Assembly (NCBI GenBank): GCA_017654855.1
Contig: CM030333.1
Span: 4,774,001-4,838,000, forward strand
From: Podospora anserina
Taxonomy: Eukaryota
Direction of reading: 5' to 3'
Length of the DNA: 64,000 nt
Positions 23,501-36,384 of the stretch are shown here, piece after piece (position 1 is the first letter of the stretch; every line of letters begins with the position of its first letter). Under the pieces are notes generated by a model. That model saw nothing but the letters and a program-made list of their open reading frames with translations, searched no databases and was not told the origin of the DNA. A program made the position numbers and the translations under genes.

Positions 23501-26500
23501 TGTTGAACTCATCACTCCGTCACAGAGCAAGTTTGACAAGGACGGGGATGAGATCATGGTTGACATGCTCATTCGCCAACGGCGAAAGGGGTCGGTTCTG
23601 AACTTGACCGTCGGCAAAGTCAATGTCAATGTGGGCAGACTTCAGCAGCTCAGCTGTCTACCCAGCTTGGCAGAGGATCTTGCCAAACTCGGGACTGTTG
23701 CCAAGTATCTGCCCGAAGATGACCGGCCCGGGTTGCTCTCTTTTATTCATGTCAAGAGCTTTGAAGGCGCTGTCGACATTGGTGGACGTTTTGGAGCGGT
23801 TCAAGCAGCCATTGCAGACCTGGAGGTGGCTCACATCACGGTTCCTACTCTAGTTGCTGTTGCTGTGACAGGTATCACTGTCACAAGAAACCAGGTCGAG
23901 GACCTTGTGACGACACCACCAAATCCCGCAACGGCCTCGTCACCAAAGCCGCCTGTTCTGAGGATGAGAATGGTGGATGATATTGAGCCGGTCCTCAAAG
24001 TCAGGCTGAACGGGCTGAATGTCGAGTACAGAGTGCCTACTATCATGGCCATCTTGCAGCTTTCGGAGGATGCCACACCGCAAGACTATGAGGCTAGCCT
24101 TGCAGCCTCGGTCGCCAATCTTGGTGATCACGCTCATACCGCCATCAAGGGCTCACCAGCTGGTTCAGCATCGTCGGGGCAAGAATACAGTTCAAAGCCC
24201 ATCAAAGTCGACGTTGCTTTCGAGGACTGTCTGATTGGCCTGAACCCTCTCGGCCCGCCATCCAAGTTGATTCTTGCGCTGACGACAGCATCGCTTGAGG
24301 TGGTACCCGGAAAAGACGAGAGTGTACATGCCGTCCTGGAGATGGATAAGGCATCCATTCTGCTCATTGATGATGTCACGGTATTGGACACGCCTGGGGC
24401 ACCGTTTGCTTCGAAGCGACGGCCCAAAGTCATTCCTACACCGCAGATCACCGAGCTATGTTCCAAGGGTTTTGTGCACATCAGCCAAATCTCCAAGGCT
24501 CAGGCTGTCGTGAACACAACCAAGGATAAGAACGGCGATTCGCAGCTGGAGGTCGAACTACGTGACAAGCTTCTGGTCATGGAGACGTGTGCCGACTCAA
24601 CTCACACTCTGATTGCTTTGGCAAACGCTCTAACCCCGCCTACACCGCCGAGCAAGGAGGTCAAGTATAAGACATCGATTGTTCCGGTGGAAGATCTGCT
24701 GGCTTCCATCACTCACGACGCGTTTGGCCGCGCTGAGGGTGATTATGACTTTGATAATGATTTCCTTCCTGTTGCTGGAGAGCACAGCGGCGAGATGGAT
24801 AGTGAGCATGACTATTATGGCGGACCAAACGATAGCCCCCTCAACATGGACTCTCAGTTTTACGACGACGAGGTTATCCACGAAGAGCTTTTCGATGCCA
24901 CTGCTCAATCGCTTGACTTGTCAAAAACCAGAGTTGAGGAGACGAACGATGGTGTCTTGCTCAGCACTGCTAGCCTGAGCACCGACAATAGCACAGACAA
25001 TAGCAGCGGGCGTCTCTCAGTCGAAGAAGGGTTCTTTGAGAAGGAGTCGGCTGTCAAGGGCACAGCGCACCGGTGGAACTCTAAGAAGAACAAGTATGAT
25101 GATGGTAACGACACCAAGATTCAACGAAGCCCGCTCAAGGTTGGTGTGCGTGATGTCCATCTTATTTGGCACCTGTATGACGGCTATGATTGGGTGCGGA
25201 CTCGAGAAGTCATTGCCAAGGCGGTCAAGGAAGTTGAGAACAAGGCATACGAGAAGCGGGCCAAGGCTGAACGCAAGGATGACTTGGATGAAGAAGAGAT
25301 TGTGGGTGACTTCCTTTTCAATTCGGTGTACATTGGAATTCCAGTCACTCGGGATCCAAAGGAGCTGGCCGCCGCCATCAACCATGAGTTGGGGGATGGA
25401 AACGATACCGAGTCGGTCGCCACCACGGCCTTCACAACCTCCACCATTCGCCCTGCTGGCAAGCATCACCACGCTAGGTCCAAGAGCCTAAAATTGGGCA
25501 GGAGCAATGATCACAAGATCACATTTGAGCTCAACGGCGTGAATGTGGACTTGGTCACCTTCCCACCTGATTCTGGGGAGACAGTCAGCTCCATCGATGT
25601 CCGTGTCCGCGACCTGGTCGTTTTCGACCATGTGGCTACTTCCACGTGGAAGAAGTTTGTCACATACGACGAGGATGCGGGTGACAGAGAGGAGGGCGCA
25701 AATATGGCCCACATCGAACTTCTCAACACAAAGCCTGTGCCCTCTATGCCGGCTTCTGAAATTGTCTTGAAGGTCAGCATTCTGCCTCTTCGTCTTCACG
25801 TCGATCAGGATGCGCTGGACTTTATCACACGGTTCTTTGAGTTCAAGGACGACTCGACACCTGTTCACGCCTCTCCGAGTGATGTGCCCTTCATCCAGCG
25901 TGCCGAGGTCAACGACGTGCCTGTCAGGTTGGATTTCAAGCCAAAGCGGGTCGACTATGCTGGTCTCAGATCAGGCCATACGACTGAGTTCATGAACTTC
26001 TTGATCCTGGAGGATTCCCGTTTGGTTCTTCGCCATGTTATTCTTTACGGCATCGCCGGATTTGACAAGCTTGGAAAGCAGCTCAACGACATTTGGACGG
26101 ACAATGTCAAGCGCACACAGCTTCCTGGTGTTTTGGCTGGTCTGGCACCAGTCCGCTCTCTTGTGAACGCCGGCAGCGGCTTCCGTGAGCTGATTGAGAT
26201 TCCCATCAAGGAATATCAGAAAGACGGGCGCATTGTCCGCAGCATTAGGAAGGGTGCGACCCGTTTTGCAAAGACGACTGGTACAGAGGTGGTGAAGTTG
26301 GGCGCCAAACTCGCCATCGGGACACAGTACGCACTTCAAGGAGCCGAGGGCATGTTGGTTAACAAGCCAGCTGGAGAGTCAAGTAGCTCCGCGGCTCCCA
26401 TTGCCATCGACGATTGGGACGAGGGAGATGAGTACGAAGCCGAAGAGGAGACGACCAACCGGCAGGTCAGCCTGTACGCGAACCAGCCGCTTGGTATCCT

Positions 26501-26813
26501 CCAGGGCGTGCGGGGCGCCTATTCGAGCCTGGCCAGGGACCTGGCGGTGGCAAGGGACGCAATCATTGCGGTGCCGGCCGAGGTGATGGAGAGCACGAAC
26601 GCTCAGGGGGCAGCCAAAGCTGTGCTGAAGCGGGCACCGACGATAATCTTCCGGCCTGCCATTGGTGCTACCAAGGCCATTGGACAGACTCTGCTGGGCG
26701 CGACGAACAGTCTCGACCCGGCGAACAGGAGACGGGCGGAGGCGGTGAGTTTTCTTGGTCTGATACTACAGTGAAACAGGTTGCTGACTTTGTGACAGAA
26801 ATACAAGAAATAA
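20543..26813 (+). CDS. ATG2: Autophagy-related lipid transfer protein Atg2
   Basis: About 2040 aa with a chorein-type N-terminus ([10 protein letters not shown]), the ATG2 CAD signature LVMETCADS, and C-terminal [12 protein letters not shown] / DFKPKRVD / ATG_C region. Introns 20717-20813 and 26745-26798; the last exon encodes KYKK*. Confidence 0.93.
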
Positions 26814-28820
26814 TCGAGTAAGAAAACCACAGACGAGGGAGTCTTTTTCTAGAACCATACATCACAACAAAGGCGTACACCTAGCCTTGCGAGATTGCAT
26901 GGCAAGTTCTCAAGAATTAATAATGATTTGTTTTTACGAAGGGAGAAAGAGAATATCACGAAGAGGAGGGCATGAATACTCGGAGTTTTGGGGGGTTGAG
27001 ACATTCTAAGGATTGCGGGATCTGGGAAGGAGTTTTTGATTTTCAGGTCATATCTCTTAGGGGTCTCTCTATCTGCGCTTTAGTTTTTTTTTTCTTTTCC
27101 TCTGAAGACGATTATTTAGTGTTTTGGTCAATTGGGAGGAGAAGAACGATACAGCATACCCCCATGAGGTCTCGGTAGTTTTTGGTTCAGTCTTTATTTT
27201 GTTTTAGCTCTCTCTGTGCTTTTGAGGGTGTGGTGATGTGATGAGGTGATGGTTGTTGCGGTTTTACTCTTGACCCGTTGTGATCAGCTTTGTTGAGCTC
27301 TAAGATAACTGCAAATCAGGGGAATATGGGACCTGGAGGCTCTCAAGTTTGCATTCTACTCTAGCTAGACAGGTTATTGACAGGAAAATAATTAAAAATA
27401 GAGACTGTAATGAGATGCCAAGGTGTAGAAAAATAGTTGATATATCTGTGCTGGAACCGCTTCTGGCAATCTTGAAACTGACGTCCGGTTCTTCCAAGGC
27501 CTGCCAATATGTACTTGAGGTGCACCGACTACCTATCTTTCAGAACTCTCATCCCAAGCAGCAGTCGCCATTTTCTTGTCCACAAGGGAAAGAATGTGAA
27601 GAGAGCACAGTAGTCAAGACTAGAAATCAGTACTCGATCCTTTTGGTTCAGTGTTGATTTATGCGATTTGCAAACTTGGGTTTTGCCAAATGCTACTCCC
27701 AGCACCCCAGCATCATCATCGAGTTAAGATGGGTATGGATGGGTGTGTTTAACTCCCGCTAGACTCATTCATCTCCCTCTCCCTCGCCTTTCTCTGCTCT
27801 CGAAGGTGGGTCTCTTTGCTTATTCTCTACGGGAAAAGGTCAGCATTGTTATCCGTTCTCTCTCTACTGGCCGTTGCAAATAAAGTTGTCGTGACAGGGA
27901 AGGGGTTAGGTAATATACTCACTGCGTTTGTCTTTGCTGCTTGGATTGACGATCGGGTGTAGCTACTCATATAAAACTCATCAGCAACCCAGTTGCGATG
28001 TAAATAGCGGAAGCGTCTGCGGGCATGTGCTACTGTGCAAGGCAGGTGTGACTTACACGAACAAAATCGAAGCCATCGTGAAAGCCGCCATCGGGGCCAT
28101 GACCGTCTGTTTCTGTCAGCTTCACATGCACGCGCCCGATGACGGAGAGAAAAAGAAAAAAAAACCAACTCTAGAATTGAATTTCACCATTTTGAATTCT
28201 TGCAATTATCCCATTTCTTGCCCATGTGCCGTTTACTCTTGAGATGCTGGGTGAGCTTAAAAGGTCGACGACGTTAAGGTTTAGCGGGTGTTATCGGAGA
28301 GATCCATTTCCAAAAACCGCTTCTCAAAAGGAGCGAGCAAGCGACATCACACCACTTTTCCAGAACTTGGTACAAACACCACACATTCAATGAGCACAGT
28401 ACATGATTCAGATTATCAATGGACGAGTAATAGATTTTGAACCTTTTTGATATTTTTTTTTCTCTCATTCTTTATAACAACATCTATCGTCTCTCTCTCT
28501 CTGTCCCCTATGCAATTGTGTTCCCCTTAAAAACTCCAGACCCCAAATCCCTTTAAACCCCCCTCTCCCTACTTCATCTCCTGATGAAAATCAAAGCCCC
28601 AATGCAAGATGCGACAAATAAAATGAGGGAAACAATAATGTGTCCATATCATATCAACCAAAAATATGACAGCTCGCCTGCCTGCCTTCGTCTGCTCGCT
28701 CTTGACTCGCCTTGCTTTGCTTTGCCTCGCACATCAAACAAATGCTGCTTGCTTGCTTGTCAAGTGTCTTATACTTACAAATAATCTTATATGCGCCTCT
28801 CTTCCTCTCAAGAAAGGGAT

Positions 28821-30228
28821 TTATGAATCCAAAATCTCTCTCCTCTCCACGCTGCCACCACCCTCCAGCTTCTGCCTCCCTCTCTCCCTCAGCCCGTTCA
28901 TCCGCCTCATCGCATACTCATACGTAAGCATCGTAACCGTGGCCGCCGGGACAGCCCTCATCATGTTGGTCCCCATGCCCGCGTAGAAAGCCATCCAACC
29001 CTCCTCCCTCAAAATAGTGCGGAAAGTGGTCACGATGCCCCTATATCTCGGACCGCTGCTAACCGCTGGCTTGTTCTGACCGGAAGCAGATGGCTCAGTC
29101 ACTCCGAGACCCTGCATGTATTCATGCCCCGGCATGGGTCTTCGCTGAGTCTGCAATCTTGTTCGGATGACCTCGTGGGGATAGGTAGCGCTGCTGGCCA
29201 TGATCTTGCTCAGAATCGACGCCGACAAGATCCCAAACCAGTGCGATTTGTCTTCCTGGCCGGCTACTGGGGCAGCACCCATGGACGTGCCAGTAAATTT
29301 GGTCTTCAAATATTCGTACACGGGGAATTGGACCGCTACGTGGGTGAGACCGAGAAGGGCGGGAGTGAGGCCGGAATAAAACGAGAGAATACCCTCTGTG
29401 GTGTACATCTTGCGCGCAGCGTCAAGTGTCGATCGGTAGTGCCATGGCTGATGGAGCGTAGGGCGCGAAGTTGGCGTGTTGCTCCCCTTAGGATACAGCG
29501 AAAATCGTGTCCGGTCATGGCCAGTCGTCTGTGACATTAGTCGTGTCTTGATCACCCAGATTGGGTTCGTAGCAATCGTGCTGCTGGCTCCTGCTATGAT
29601 GGATGACCAGAAGTTGACGACAAATGGTCTGTCTGTGACCGGGGTGTCAGTATCCCCCCACTTTCCAGGCCCAAAGATCAGTTCCCTTACCATGATATTG
29701 TGACAGATAAATCTTGCTCTTGTTGTAAACCGTAAACCATACCGCCCATGTTGGCAGATACCCCATAATGATCGGTCCCAAGCCCCTGTACATCCCCCTG
29801 ATTCCCTCCTCCCTCCAGATAATGTTAGCCGTGCCAAACAGGCCCTTGTAGACTACTCTCTGGTGTCCGGTATGTGGGCTGTTCTTTTGCATCGCCAATA
29901 TTCCTCCCTGAGCCTGCAGCTTCGTCTTGATAACATCCAGCGGGCAAGTCACGACTCCAGACATGAACCCTCCCACCGCGCCCGCCAGCGCATTGAACTG
30001 CGAGTCCGAGGCGTCGAGTGCCCAGCGCTCCGCAAGCGTGAGCTGTTCCCCCGCCATGCTGGCGTTGCCCCCTCCGCCTGCCCCGCCTCTTCCCGAATGG
30101 TCGCTCGTCGGCTGCGAAGAGGGCGGCTCTTCGACGGCGGGCGGGTCCGGAAGCGCTACTCCATATTCCGCTCGAGGCGCAGATACGGCTTGTCCGTCGG
30201 GTGTGAGGTGGTGATGTTGGTTGGACAT
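28821..30228 (-). CDS. NDT1: Mitochondrial carrier, NAD+ transporter Ndt1/Yia6-like
   Basis: Three carrier signatures (CPLDVIKTKLQ, NPIWVIKTRLM, YPHEVIRTRLQ) and GYLPTWAVWF, typical of the NAD carrier subfamily. Intron 29690-29633. Confidence 0.85.
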
Positions 30229-31120
30229 GCCCGCGTCTCTGCGCGCGCGGAAAGGCCGGAGAGGGGCACTGTAACCCGTCGTTTTTTCCTCGGTTTTGCA
30301 GGGTGATTTCTACTTTGTAGAAAGATAATTCAAGGGTCTCGGGGCCCCAAATCCCTCAGAGACCCTAGGGAGGTCTCAGGGTCGTCGGTAGGGAAAGATG
30401 TTCCCTTCTAGATCGTATGATGAGTAGATGCGAACAATACCGTTTGCGATTGCCTGTGATCGTGGTCGTGTGCCGGATGTGCGGGGAAGGTCTTATACTG
30501 TGTTGGGGTGTGCCGGACCAGCAGAGGGGTCCTTTGTATGTTGCGCGATGGAGCTGTGGGTTGTCAAATTGTTGCGAATCTGTCCAGGACGGTATGGCAG
30601 GTACGTGTCGTGCAAGAGAGAGGAGGAGAGACCGAGAAACTGACTTGCGCGAAAACAGCAAGAGAGTCGAGCGATCAACGGCGCTGGTGGTGGAGGAGAA
30701 CCTTGAAAGGAACTGTGTCTTGGCAGCCGGCCTTACATGGATATGGTTGAGTGTGGATTGCACAATCGCACAGCAAGAGAAGAGGCAAAGTTAGCCGTGT
30801 GTCGGCGCTGACCGGGTCCCCTCTTCCTGCTGCTCCGTGTGTGCTCCGTCCAGTCTTTTTTCCCAAGTGTCGCAAGAATCGCAATCGTCACAAGTTCTCC
30901 TTAAGAAGAAGCCAATTACGTAGGCTGTGGCTGTTGGGCCGTTCTTGGTGGGCTGCTTTTTCAAGCCGAGTCATGTAACGCTGCTTTACCACCGTAACGC
31001 AACAGTTCCGACATGCGATTCTACCGAGGATGAGATAGATGTGTTTGAGTCTCATGCAAATCCCCAAAATTCTCGAAAGATGGGTTGGAGCTTGTGAACT
31101 GATGTCTGGTCTCATTCCCG

Positions 31121-31163
31121 TCTCATCTCTCATCTCTCATCTCTCATCTCTCACATCTCTCAT
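31121..31163. repeat. TCTCATC 7-mer tandem repeat
   Basis: About 6 slightly imperfect units in the NDT1/QCR7 divergent intergenic region. Confidence 0.8.
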
Positions 31164-31507
31164 CATGCATTGCAGCAGTTAGTTCAATTCAAGCTCATAT
31201 TCAGATGGTCGCTGGATTGGTAGGCGGCGGGCGGGATCAGCGGGCCAAAAAAGCAGCATTACCTCATCGCTGCCTTGTGAAGCATAAGCATGGAAAATCC
31301 ATGCCTAACTTTTCAGGCAGCAAATCCCAGGCCGCAACGGGTTTTCCCGGGGCAGAGCTCTGCCTGTCCAATTGAGCCAACCAACGTCTGCTGATTCCCG
31401 ACGCGGCAATTTGGCAAAGCTCCCACCACCAAGCCCACCCACCCAGACTGCTGGTCGTCGCAAAGTTGCAAGTGTGAATACCTTCAACCTCCACACATCC
31501 ATCCAAA

Positions 31508-31954
31508 ATGACGGCCCCATCCCTCGCCAGCTATGTCACCAAGCGCCCCTGGCTCTCCAAGCTCCTGAAGCCCGTTGCCGGCTGGTACAGCAATGCTGCC
31601 CTCTACCGTCAAATGGGTCTCAAGTATGTGCATTATATCGCCCACCTCCAGAAACTGTTTCCCTAACCCTATACCCTCCTCCCTCTCTCCAGGGCCGATG
31701 ATTTGATCTCCGAAGAAAACGCCGACGTCCTCAAGGCCCTCGGCCGCCTCACCCCCAAGGAGTCCTACGACCGCATCTACCGCATCCGCCGCGCCACCCA
31801 GCTCTCCCTCCAGCAAAAGATCCTACCCAAGAACGAGTGGACCAAGCCCGAGGAGGACGTCCAATACCTTTCCCCCATCCTCGAGGCCATCGAGGCTGAG
31901 GCCAAGGAGAAGCAGGCTCTCGACACTCTTGTCCCCTCCAAGGCCGGCCACTAA
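31508..31954 (+). CDS. QCR7: Cytochrome bc1 complex subunit 7
   Basis: [16 protein letters not shown]...[24 protein letters not shown] is the UCR_14kD signature. Intron 31624-31692. Confidence 0.93.
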
Positions 31955-33236
31955 GAGAATTGCCCTGAACTTTTGCTTGCAGCCAAAAAGAAGAGGAACC
32001 GGGAGTGGCGGAGAGGAGAAAAGGGAGGGAAACTGTATTATGATCATGGACCCAGGTCTGGAACAGACCGGGGTCAAGGAGTATGGGAGGGGAGGTTAGA
32101 TGGGGTGGGCAGACAGAAGGTGTGTGGTGCAAGAAAAGGGGAAGGGGGGGAAACGCCGTCAGACAAAAAAAAATAGAGGACGAACGTTTAAGAAACCCGG
32201 ACCTGTTGTATATCTGTATAGAGGGCTCCTCAATTTTTCTCGGTAGAAGAAATCAGGAAAGACTCGCTCACCCATTCAATCTGCTGGTCTTCATGCTGTC
32301 AGTTGATTTTGAAGAGTTTGTCGGATTCACGGAAATACGAAAGGTTGCCGAAGAGCTATGGCGAGGTATTGATTTCAACTTAACGAGAAGCTATGAACAC
32401 ATGCCGCTCCTATCTCATGTCTCCAAAACATACGAGCACTAGAACACCGAATGACTCGACTGAAACAATCACCATCACAATTCCCTATCCAAACACAACA
32501 AGTTACAAGAACCACCAAATCCCCTGCTCTTTTTTTTATACCACCGCCCCCTATACCACCCGCCAGTCCCTCAGAATAAAAAAACAAAAGCCCCAGAAGG
32601 TTTTAAAAAACAGTAAGAGATAGCTAACAAACAAGCCTGGCTGGCGGGAGTAGGTTCGTGAACAACAACAAATAAAGCAGATGGATTACTTTAATCTTTT
32701 CTCTTTCCATCCAACCCGTCCCTCCTCATGAAAAGAGCAATGTTCAACATATCTGATGATCCCCTAGCCCGTACTCTGCGCCGCCAATGAGGAAAAAAAA
32801 GAACGCAATCAACACGAAACCCAGCCATGACAAAGCCTTCAATATGTGAAGCCCACATCAGCTCTTCGGGTATGTCCCGAGCATTCCGTCATACTAGCTA
32901 ACCACCCACTCGGACCACAACAGCAACAACAACAGTTCAAAGAACAGAGGGCAAAAAAACGGTGCTCCGGGATTTTTAAAAGGTAGTAAACGATGTACAA
33001 GGTGAAATATTTCAGACATGGTGTATTTTCCCGTGTCTGTGAGATGCCTGTTCTGATTCAGGCTGACAAGAATATCGTGGTTTTCGATGTGGATCATGAG
33101 CGTTCGTATAACGGCTGATGCGTTCCCTGGAGCGCTCTGTCGTAGTGGTGTTCTAGTATTTTGTGGAACGGGCGCCCCCTGGCCGAAGAGAAGATGGTGT
33201 GGTCGGGGGCGAGAGCGGCCGCCGGGTGCCAGCAGT

Positions 33237-34680
33237 TTATACGTTACCGCCCTTCTCTTCGGTGTCGATATGCCAGACGACGTAGTTGGGAAGGCCGTAA
33301 ACACCATAGCCAGCCGCCTTGGCCATCTTGGCGAACCCTTCTGTCTCGGCTTGGTTCTCAAATGCGTAACATGGGAAATTGATGCCCGATCTGTGAACGT
33401 CGGCCTTGACCAAGATGTTCACACCACCAATACCGTCAAGTTCGATCTCCTCATCCTTGTTGTTGCGCCAGTCACCCATTCTAGCCATGTAAGTACGGCC
33501 GGTATCGTATTGCTTGTAACCTAGAGCAGAAAGTTAGTGTTATTCTTATATCAAGACCGAAACAGGAGAAAACACACCCTCAGCCAGAACAATATCCTTA
33601 GACAGCTTCTTGGCAAGCGCGCGGCCCTTGTCGGATTCGACCCATGAGTTATAGTCAACTAGCATTCAGTTAGCACCGTGTCCTCGCAACTATGGCATAA
33701 AACCACAACGTACATCTTCCTTCAATATCCTTGCCATTCTCGTAGCGGTGAAACCAAATGTCTGCCACAAGTTAGCGCCTAATTACCCCGCTGAAGCTAT
33801 TCCAGGGAAGCTTACTGGGAACGAGAATGTCCCGATCGTGGGCAATAAAGTCCTCGAGAATCTTCTCGGGGCTGTCCACGATATCTACATCCCTCCAGTA
33901 CACCCACGAATGCTCAGGCTTGAGCGCCGTGGTCAAGAGGTAGTTGCGGGCCTTGCCCATGGCCTTGCGCCGGGGTCCCTGGGCCTCGAAGGAATGACGC
34001 TCCTCGACACTCTGGCTCAGCTTGAATCCAAAGTCCTTCTCGACAATCATGGCGCTCCGGAACTTGTCGGGGCGCTTCTGGAGACGGTTGAGCTCGGCAG
34101 ACAAGACAGCGAGGGTATCATCGGTAGAGTCGCCAACGAGGAAGCCAAGATCGATCAAATTGTGGGGGTATGTAAGCTCGGCAAGAAGCTCGAAATACTT
34201 GGAGAGGTAGGGGGCGGCATCCTTGAGAGGAGTGAGAATGAGAACTCGTTCTTCGTTCTGGACAGCCTTGGTGGTGGACTTGATGGGGTTCAGGTCGACG
34301 TGGTCGATGGTGGACTCGTTGACAACCAGGGGCGCGTGGTGATTAAAGATTACTGGCGTGTGATGGTGGGCGTTCCATGCTGCTTGTTCGTTCTGTGACA
34401 TCTCGGAAGGTGGTTTGTTCGGGCCCCAGCAGTAGAAGCTACACGCACACAGGGCATGATTAGCACTCTGGGCATAAATACTTTCAACAAAAATGGGGAC
34501 GCCGTACCTCTTCATCTGAGGAGCGGACGAGCTGATGCCGCGCCATAATAATATTATTGTGCCAGTGATAGCAAGAAGTAGAAGGAAGCGGGTTCTGGTC
34601 AACAGCACCCATATCGCCCGCGTAGGGGGAAGACTCGCTCTCGCAGCCTTCCAGCTGACGCCGCCTTTGGGAAGAAGCAT
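33237..34680 (-). CDS. Golgi mannan polymerase subunit, Anp1/Van1/Mnn9 family (GT62)
   Basis: Type II TM anchor, VLILTPLKDA, DxD motif WRDVD, and ETEGFAKMAK..GLPNYVVWH. Introns 34507-34439 (in frame), 33815-33762, 33713-33659 and 33577-33521. Confidence 0.9.
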
Positions 34681-34987
34681 GATGTTCGAGGTCGCCGGGT
34701 GGCCCTCAGCACCACCCTACAAGGTCGATGGTGCAACCGTTGCGATGTGCAAAATTTCCGCTGTTGTCTCGCCGTCCAAAGTCGTGCAAGTTGGTGCTTC
34801 AAAAATCCAATCGGTCTGGGTTGACAAGGACGGTATTCCGGGACACAGTTACGCTCACAGATACGCGAGTATTTTCGTGTGGCGTGAGTTACGCCCGCGA
34901 CAGTCGAGATGCCTGGAGTAGGAGAAGACGGTATTCAGAGGAGGGGTTCCAAATGGAAGAATCGTCTTGGTTTTCGTCAGGAATCGC

Positions 34988-35036
34988 TTCTTCTTCTTCT
35001 TCTTCTTCTTCTTCTTCTTCTTCGTCGTCGTCGTCG
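34988..35036. repeat. Compound microsatellite (TTC)12 followed by (GTC)n
   Basis: Directly visible trinucleotide run about 300 bp upstream of the GT62 gene start. Confidence 0.9.
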
Positions 35037-36384
35037 CTGAACGGGCTGGCTCGTGATGGATGGGAGGAATGTGAGAAGCTCGAAGTCGAGCGGACAGCGT
35101 TCAGCACCCCATGCACGCAAGTCTCGGCTGCGTTCTAGCGTCTGCGACTCTGTAGGGGTTGCCGGTGTTAGGGGGTAAGGGTCCACTTTCGGGAGGTTCT
35201 GGACACTTGGCCGCCCAAACATCCCACTCAATTTCCACAGGCCTATGATTGCATTTTGAGAACATTTGACTTGTTCAAAATGAGGCCGTGATGTCTGTGC
35301 GGGCCTGCTATTTTTGTGTCTTTTTGATAGTTGTATATCGATGTTGCTGATCTCTCTGGTTGAATCTGTGATCAGCATCACGCCTCTGCCCAGTGTACAC
35401 TGTACATCTCGCTCCGTCCGTCCTGCGGGTCAGCTTCCTTCGACCCTCCACCACTTTTTGTGACCAAGCATGCCTTCCTTGATACGAGAGAGATTGCGTG
35501 TCCATATAGAGAGTGAATGCCTCTGGTTATCAATGTTTCGGTTTACGAACACAGGCGGCAGCAAAGATGCAACCACAGCATATCAATTTAACGATAGGTG
35601 CAGATGTTCCCGTCCCCCATCACTAGCCAATGCCACAGGCACGCTTGTTCTGCCGGCACGAACCACCATCCCACACAAACTCCCAAACTCATCTTGAGAA
35701 TTTCATCTGATGAGCTTCGCGAAAGATTAGATTTGTCAAATGTCGATTCTAGAAACCAATGCGGGTCTTGGTCCAGTTGGCATTAGCCTATCGATGATTC
35801 AGGCACAAGTTTCTTGGCTCAACCTCTCCTCTTGAGAGCTTGGCGTTGTTTGACAAACACCGGGACGGGATCTTTTCCACCCGCTGGTTGGAATTGCGGC
35901 GTGCCCCCCAAGCTTACCTCAGCTTCGATGCCACCCACGTGAGAGGGCGACAATGCCGTGATGACTTGGGAAAGAGCGCGTCTCTCTACGTGTCTCTGAA
36001 TTGTAGCTGAAGTCATGATCTTATAACTTGGTCTTATAGCAACGTTCTCTCTCATTCTCACTAGACCAGTCTCATACCCGGCTAGCCAATCAACGATCAT
36101 CACTTACAACAAGCTCGCTCTCCAGACCTTGCCGACCTTGTTCCGTGGCTGACCTCGACAACCGTGGAAACCTGCGGCAATTGTCAGATTGGTTCCAGGT
36201 AATGCTCATTCGCTCCCATCGACTTCACTATTCGAAAGTTATCTCGGCCAATACTACTGCAGTTGGTTTGGTAAAACCTTCATGGTGTTCCTTCTTTCAC
36301 AAGTTCTTGTCAGGATCTCAGCCTACGTCATTGATCCCACCTTTCTTGTCGACAACAACAGTCAATACAGCTTCAGTCAGCAGC

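Noticed and set aside
26900..28800. AT-richer intergenic stretch considered as RIP-mutated transposon relic
   Set aside because: No terminal repeats, transposase or RT remnants, or strong TpA skew; consistent with convergent 3' UTRs.
28821..29837. ORF-track N-terminus MARLTLSGG for the carrier
   Set aside because: Wrong frame upstream of intron 29690-29633; the true N-terminus comes from the exon starting at 30228.
34889..35381. Poly-E, poly-R and poly-S small ORFs
   Set aside because: Translations of the TTC/GTC microsatellite.
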